From Vitrella brassicaformis CCMP3155 (Eukaryota; Protista; Chromerida): a DNA stretch of 29,155 nucleotides. Below are positions 22,603 through 29,155 of this stretch, in pieces. The first letter of the stretch is position 1; every line of letters starts with the position of its first letter. The translations under genes and the position numbers were made by a program. Under the pieces are notes generated by a model, which was not told the origin of the DNA, made no database searches, and saw only the letters and a list, made by a program, of their open reading frames with translations. The stretch covers positions 1 through 29,155 of the forward strand of contig CDMY01000699.1 of the NCBI GenBank assembly GCA_001179505.1, read 5' to 3'.

Positions 22603-25600
22603 TCATTCCTCTGGCTGCTCTATGGCATCCTCCAAGTTGCCGCCTCCTCTCTCGGCAGTGTACTCGACGTCCACCATGGCGTCCGATGCCTCCCTTGACT
22701 TCTGTCGCTTCCGTTTGGCCTCATTGCCCTGGTTTGCGTCGATATCCTGCTCGGCTGCTGCCTCTGCTTCAGCGCTCTGCTCCTGCTCGGCGAGGGCACT
22801 GCGGTCACATCAACAGGGCATGCACACAGACGTGCCTGCAGGTATAGCAGATCCACCTTCGTCCTTTCCTGGCCGCACCTTTCCGTCAGGCGTTTCCACA
22901 CATCGTCAGGTTCGATTTCCTCTGCACCGTCGCGCAGGTCGTTCCCCTCATCCTCTTCGCGGAACCGCTGAAGCACCGCCTGAATGTCAAACCTGTCCAC
23001 GAGACAACAGAGGTGGCATGATGGACCTGCTTACACTGTCTCTGGTGGTGTGATTGATGGGGGGTGGCTTACTCTTTGCGTGCTTCTTCGAGTATCTTAT
23101 CGTCCTCCCCCTCATCGAGCTGGCGGAGAAAACTCACATCAGACGGCCGCCAGGGCGCATCCTGATGATGCCACAGAGAGGGAACAAGGCAGAGGGAAGG
23201 AGCAAAGAAAGGAAAGCTCATGAGCGGCCGGCCACGCACATCCGTCCGTCTTTGCCTTACCGGTGTGCGTTTGTACCAGCCCCTGATGTACTTTGCGAGG
23301 AACTTCTCGCTGGGTGGTGTGACGCGCAGGAACCTGCCCTGGTTCTGCTGCGTCCTGATGAATGTCCGCCAGTGTGGGTTGATGACGAGCGTCTCGGCGT
23401 TGGCCACGACCCACAAGTTGAAGCGCGCGCGAGTGAGGGCGACGTTCATGCGCCGCGTGTCGGCCACGAAGCCGATGGTCTTCTTCTTGCTGTGCCCGCG
23501 GACGGCGCTGAAGATCACGCAGTCTTTCTCGCGACCCTGACAGGCAGGCAGGCAGACAGACAGAGGGAATGCGGGAGAGGGGGGCGAGAGGCCATCCATG
23601 GATAGTGCATCTTTTGAGTGTGGGATTTCCCTTACTTGGAAGCCGTCCACAGTGTTGACCTCAATCGGCAGGGGCGCAGTCGAACGAGTCTGACACGTTG
23701 TACAGACATGCAGCGGCGACCATTCGATGTGCCGTTCCGGATTGGCTGTTCATCTGTTTACCCCCAGGACATCTCTGAATTTCTGTCTGATGAGCCGCAC
23801 TTGCTCGGCGTAGGGCGTCACAACAGCCAGCTTCTTTCGCCAATCGAACTCGGATATCTGAAAAGGAAACGACACATCTACATGTATGCCGTCATCTGTT
23901 GCTTTCCGCCTTGCTGACCATCTGCGTGAGGGTGAGAAATATCTGCACGACGAAATCAGCTTCCTCCGGATTGACAAGAGATGACCCCTCAGCCTGACGA
24001 CCACACCCATATGCACGCAACAGCACATGCGCACAACACGCAGGGCTCCCTTTTCCGTCTGTGTGTCTGACGTGCCTGTTCCCTGGTCTTGACGTGGAAG
24101 AACACAACGGGCTGCAGGGCTGGCACACAGTACCAGGGAGGAGCCTTGACCAGCTCGTCGATGTTGGGCGCGTTGTTCAGCTGCTCGTCGTAAAACCTGT
24201 CACACGGCAAGGGAAGGCACGTGTGCGGAATGCGTTGAGTCACTGGTGCGCGAGTTCTCACTCTTTGGATGGGAATTCGGCAATGGTGGGGTGCATCCGG
24301 TACTGCACAGACAGCAATGTCACAGGATAGTGGCCCTCGAGCAACCGCTGAAACAGCGACCGGTTGTATCCCTGTTGTTGCCACACAACGTACATACACG
24401 CATACGTTTGCTGTTCGCTCGGAGCTCCTATGATTTGGTGTTTTGCGGCAATTCTGTTACGTGTTCTTCGCATATCTTGGAGAAGACTGTGGCGGGGAGC
24501 TGCCTGTGATCGCCCACCAAGATGACCCGCCTGGCGCCGAGCTTGAATGGAATCAACACAGACATCTCCACACCCTGCATGCACATCCATCCACTCCAGA
24601 CAACACCACACACATGGGAGTGCACGCCTTGCATGAGCGTGTTTCTCTCCTCTGCCTTGCTTGCCTGTGAGGCCTCGTCGATGATGACCGTGTCGAATCC
24701 GTCTGCGAAGGAGGTCAGATCTCGACCGCCGCAGACAGACAGGGTGGCACACACCACACGCGCCTCAGACAGGATGCCCATACGCACAGCCTGGTAAGAC
24801 AAAAGACGAAAGATAGTCCGGTATGAGGCGGGTCCGTGTATGTGTGTTGTCGCAGCTTTGCCCACATCTCTCTGGGAGAATGATGTGTCCGCTTTGGCCT
24901 TGAGTCGCAGGTTGGTCAGATGCTCAAGCCCATGCTCAAGAATGTCCGGATGGCTGTTCGGACCCACACGAACCACCTGCACTGACAGATCCAAGCACCT
25001 CCGTGTGCCGTCCCATCTCATCTTCTCCCTAGTCTTCTCTTGGCTCACCTGTGGTATGACTCGTTTGCCCTCTTTGTTGTACACGCCCTTGTGCACCAGC
25101 CGCCTCACGATCTCGTCGATCGCCGCATTGGACGGGGCACACACCAACACCTTCCTGAGGGGAGAGAGAGGGAAAGGACGGTTCTGCATGCATGAAGCAG
25201 ACACCGTCTGAGCTCTTATTTTGGCGTACTTTGGTTGTGATCCTTCGCTTATCTTTGACATGTTGATGACGCGATCCGTCTGTTGAGCCGTGGGATACTG
25301 GAAGCATACACACGTATGGCAGCAACTCTCAGCCGGGGCTTTCTCGACTGGTGTTTACCTGGTTGGGCTTTGCGAGGTCTTCAGGCCGCCACGTGACCTT
25401 GTCGTACCTTCATAGACAAGGGGATGTACGGTCACGAGCCTTCATCCCTCCCGCTGTCTACCCCTTACCCCCTCACCAGCACTTGTAGTCCCGTTCGAAC
25501 AGCCACGGCTGTGCCCTTCGCAGCCGCCGACATTCCTCCTTCCTCACCACATCAGGATCGTCAGGGCGCAGGACAGACACCAGCTTGCCTGTGTCGAGCC

Positions 25601-27067
25601 ACTCTATGTGCCGCAACGCCCCACGGATGCGCCTCGGAGGGCTGGTGGACGAGCGGTGGGGGGCTGCCTTGTCCTGAGAAGAAGGGGCGTCCGTCGACTG
25701 AGGAGCAAGCAAGGAGGGATGGAGTGCACTGTCCACCGAGGCAGTGCTAGGTGTCGTACCTTCTTCCCCTGTCGTGTCTGGTTGGCACCGCTCCTCCGCA
25801 CAGATGCGTGCAAGATGACGCTGAGCACGCCCAAGATGGTTGTCGTCTTGCCAGTACCTAAACAGAAACTCGACAACACAAATCACGTTCTTTCGGTGTT
25901 GCCCTGCTCCGTCTAACCAGGGGGGCCCTGCACGAGGGTGATGCCCTTGGTCCTCATGCACGCCTGGATGGCCTCGTACTGCGATTCATTGTACTCCTCA
26001 CGAAGCGTGTCCAGCAGGCGCCCTGGAACTACAAGCCGCAGGTCGTCCTCATCACTTGCGGCAGCCCCGTTCGGTCCAGCTTTCCTCTTATCATCCTCTG
26101 CTGGTGTCTGCCCGTCTGGCGGGATCTCGTCGAGGGAACGTGGGTTGAGGACGAAGTCCTTCAGAAGCAGGTCCGGGACGGCACAAAGGGCCTAAGGGAG
26201 AAGACACCAAATGGGAAAGAAGCGCCTCTTGACGAGCGACGCATCTAGGGAAGTGTCCTTGTACTTCCCACCTGGAACTCTCTGTGTATGGTGGTGAGTC
26301 CCGTGATGCGGGTGACGTGCCATGTCTTGAATCCGTTGATGGTCTCCGCCACAATGTGCCCCCTGGGCGTGTCGCAGTCCAGACACACCTTGACCGTCAG
26401 CACCTCCCGCACAGAGCTCTCCACCATACCCAGCGTGTGAATCTTGGCAAGGTCATCGAGGTCGGGGTTCGCCGCTGCCTCATGATTCTCCTTGGGGTCA
26501 GGGGGAGCGGACGGGGGGGATTGGGAGGGAGGGGCGAAGTTGGCCGTTGGATGCTGAGAAAGGAGCACTAGGTCGGCGTGGCTGTACATGAGATGCGACC
26601 GGAAGGGACGCTCCAGCTCCAGGCGAACGAAGTCGCCCACCATCTGCGCCTTAGTCTGGACGGACATGCAACCAATAACATACATGCATGGCTTCGCCCG
26701 TTCTGTGAGTAGGGACCTGTTTGCATGGTTCGGTAGTGACAGCCTCGAGTGTCTTGGCTCGCTCGATAGTCGCCTTGGTCTCGACGAGGAACAGAGGCAG
26801 GAACACGTCGCTGTACTCCTTGGCACTGCCGAAGTGGACGGGCACAGACTTGAGGTCATCAATGGGGCTCTTGGTAGAGGTCTCCTGCTGCGCCTCAGCA
26901 TCCACTTGCTTGTCGGCGTCTGCGGCGCTCTCTCTCTTTCTGGACGCCCGTTGCCTCTGTTGCATGAGTATATGGTCATCCACGATGTCTTCGTAGTAGT
27001 CCCATTTGAGCACATTCTGGTGCAGCTCGTCTAAGATCTGCTCAGTGTTCCCTGCTGAATCCACCAT
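22603..27067 (-). CDS. Sen1/senataxin-like SF1B RNA/DNA helicase (Upf1-like; helicase core only)
   Basis: Spliced motifs: VLKWDYY, EYSDVFLPLFLVETKA, YNESQYEAI, ITLVQGPPG|TGKTTTI (Walker A), VLVCAPSNAAIDEI, VVCATLS, FDTVIIDEASQ|GVEMSVLIP, LVGDHRQLPATVFS, SLFQRL, LSVQYRMHPTIAEFPS, TVDGFQ|GREKDCVIFSAVR and GFVADTRRMNVALTRAR. The acidic C-terminus ends ...EQPEE* at 22603. An in-frame upstream ATG also exists at 27193. Confidence 0.93.
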
Positions 27068-27179
27068 GCCGGGGCAAAAAGAAGGAGAAAGGAACGGTTC
27101 CTGGGCGGCCTGCCAGTGTTTTGCCAGTGTTTTACAACTATGCGTCTCTAACCCGGAATACAGGGAATTGGCTTTCACA

Positions 27180-27644
27180 CAGTGGGCTTTCATGTTTCGC
27201 TTGCTTCCTCTGGCTTCTGTACACTTGCCAGGGCTTCTTGCTGTCGGGCGATATCGCCCGTTCTTGTGTATGTAGCCAGGGGAAGTGTTCGTGAACGTTC
27301 TACCAGGCAGTCAGTGCCTGTTGTCATCTGTGTGTCGGCCGGGTGACAGTGCCTTTCCTTTCGTGGTGGACCATAGGGATGCCTTGTGCATGCTTCGTGC
27401 GTGTGCATCACCTTGCCGCCCGGCCCCCCGAAGGGGTACGCAAGAACGAGTCTGTGTGATGCAGGCCTGTCTACCCACCCGGCGGACACACAGATGACAG
27501 CAGAGGGCACTGACTGCATGGTAGAAAGTTCACGAACACTTCCCCTGGCTACATACACAAGAACGGGCGATATCGCCCGACAGCAAGAAGCCCTGGCAAG
27601 TGTACAGAAGCCAGAGGAAGCAAGCGAAACATGGACGCCCACTG
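27180..27644. repeat. Long inverted repeat (arms ~27180-27345 and ~27476-27644, ~130-bp spacer)
   Basis: 27191-27296 is the exact reverse complement of 27528-27633 (106 bp), with imperfect extensions on both sides. The ORF track shows the same peptide (SRTLPLATYTRTGDIARQQEALASVQKPEEASET) on opposite strands. Confidence 0.95.
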
Positions 27645-28363
27645 AGCCATCAAATGCAACAAACAACTTGAACAATCAAGTGAATACACCACCCATGTGC
27701 AAGGAAGGCAGGAAGACAACAGAAGGAGAGAAAGAAGGATAGCCAAGCAGGCCATAACGCCCTACAACATGCAGACCGACGATGCCGAAGGTGCACTCCT
27801 ACCCTCCTACCTTGGTCGTTGTGGTGAGTTAGCTAGAAAGGCTCTGTCAGAAGCCCAATCTGCTTATACGTCCGCGGCCGATCAGATACCATCACACAGG
27901 CGAGAAGGAGCTCAAGCGCTACCAACACACCATGCAGCCCAACACGCTCCGGTCCTGGCATGCAAGCATGCGGGTTTGCGCCCGTTTCAGCGGATATACA
28001 GCGAATCGTGTCTCTCTCAGTCTCCCTCCTTTCTCTTATCTTTCTTTCTCCTTCCTTCCTTCCTTCCTCTTCCTTCCTTCCTCTTCCTTCTCTGTGTGTG
28101 CGTGTGTGGCGTGACATCTGAATGACTCGCTCGCTGGTTTTTGAAATGCATTTCCAAGTGTCCATTCAGACTACAGGAAGCTGAACAGGACCGGTTTGCG
28201 CTTCCTCCCTGGTTCTGTTCGGCTTCATTATACATGACATTGAACTCATGGCATCGACTTGCAGCCCATCCCAACCAGCACGAAAGGACTCTGGCTCACG
28301 CGAAACCACCCATCAGTTGTAAAATGCGCATTTCGCCTCCATTGCATCCGACTCTGTCAACAA

Positions 28364-28604
28364 CTAATCATCCTCTGTCGGCACCTCCTGCTCCCTTTTC
28401 CTCTTCCCTGCCCTCGTGCCCCTGGCCGGACCCCCCTCATCCGCCCTGTCCTTGGCCTTGGCCTCCTTGGCCTCGAGCTTTAACGAACGCACCTTCTCCC
28501 GCGCCCACTCCCTATACTCCACTGCCATCTCAAGGTTTACCTGCATACATTTACATACTGCGTACAAGTAATTAGCTTCTGTGTGGTCCACGTCTCGCAG
28601 TAGC
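28364..28604 (-). CDS. 3'-terminal exon(s) of an unidentified gene (charged, K/E/R-rich C-terminus)
   Basis: An acceptor cgtcttgcag lies at 28605. The frame reads LLRDVDHTEANYLYAVCKCMQVNLEMAVEYREWAREKVRSLKLEAKEAKAKDRADEGG...KRKREQEVPTEDD*. Upstream exons were not found in the window. Confidence 0.45.
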
Positions 28605-28624
28605 CTGCAAGACGTGAGGAGGGG

Positions 28625-29155
28625 TGTTGGGATTTGCCATGTGTTTTACAAGTCATAGCGCTCTACCTACTGTTTTGGCACACTTGAGCGTTGACTGACT
28701 TTGCTGCCTGTTTCCTGCCTCTGCCTTCATGTAAGTGGGTCGCCGATAAGCCCAGCCAGCCTGCATGTCATCGTGGGTCGCCGATAGCCCAGCTCGCCAA
28801 GGCCACGTGCCTTTTCGTGTTCGCCTTCGTGTTTGCCTGCCTGCTTGTTTATGTTGGACCTCTCTGCCGCTCTTTTATCAACGCTCGTGATCTGTGGGAC
28901 TCTGCTATCCACACAACAACTTCAACATGGGCGCAGCAAAAACTGGACTACAGCGATGACCGAGAGTCAGCTTCTCGCCGCTACTCAACGCCTCTGCGAG
29001 GTCACTCTCGATGACGTCAAGCTCTCTGTGCCCGTCCTCGATGGAGATGAGCTCGACTACTACCGCTGGCAGCTTCGTGTGAGCAGCCTGCTCTCAGAAG
29101 ACTACGCAAACCTCCTGCCCGAGACAGAACCTGCAGCAGACGCCATCAAGAAACC
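28625..29155 (+). mobile_element. Probable Ty1/copia-type LTR retrotransposon 5' end (candidate LTR 28625-28927, PBS-like site, gag start)
   Basis: TGTTG (28625) and CAACA (28927) form terminal inverted ends, followed immediately by TGG (TGGGCGCAGC). An intronless frame from ATG 28956 runs to the window edge: MTESQLLAATQRLCEVTLDDVKLSVPVLDGDELDYYRWQLRVSSLLSEDYANLLPETEP. It resembles the copia Gag N-terminal motif P.LDG.NY..W...M...L. The candidate LTR contains internal ~21-bp direct repeats (28735-28756, 28773-28793). Confidence 0.5.

Noticed and set aside
27111-27133. Direct repeat tgccagtgttt x2, as a possible hAT-like terminus
   Set aside because: It is too short, and there is no matching terminus or TSD on the other side of the inverted repeat.
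27386-28200. Possible plus-strand multi-exon gene starting in the right repeat arm (…YHHTGEKELKRYQHTMQP…)
   Set aside because: Splice-like sites exist, but the frames are ambiguous and no homology is recognisable. It is left unannotated.
1-29155. CRISPR arrays, rRNA/tRNA genes, prokaryotic operon or defence systems
   Set aside because: There are no regularly spaced repeat-spacer arrays or RNA-gene signatures. All genes carry spliceosomal introns, so this is eukaryotic nuclear DNA and not bacterial contamination, despite the RTX module.

Overview
This is gene-dense, GC-rich eukaryotic DNA with many short spliceosomal introns full of (CAGA)n/(GATG)n/(CA)n microsatellites. That style is consistent with a chromerid alveolate such as Vitrella (inference, not verified). 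Manual splicing recovers 8 full or nearly full genes: a ~1082-aa low-complexity protein (-), a KCR/17beta-HSD12-like SDR (+), two head-to-head CCCH zinc-finger genes (-/+), a secreted EF-hand + RTX-repeat protein (+), a 3-TM protein resembling giant-virus membrane proteins (+), an SLC6 transporter (+) and a Sen1/senataxin-type helicase (-). The right end holds the 3' fragment of another gene and a probable copia-type LTR retroelement start. The most notable observations are: (1) two EGF-like domains inserted in the TM11-TM12 loop of the SLC6 transporter; (2) a bacterial RTX/type-I-secretion-style C-terminal module inside an intron-rich gene with a signal peptide and a possible GPI anchor; (3) a possibly NCLDV-derived intron-containing gene; (4) a ~166-bp inverted repeat with a 106-bp perfect core just upstream of the helicase. 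All gene models are hand-spliced without transcript or database support.
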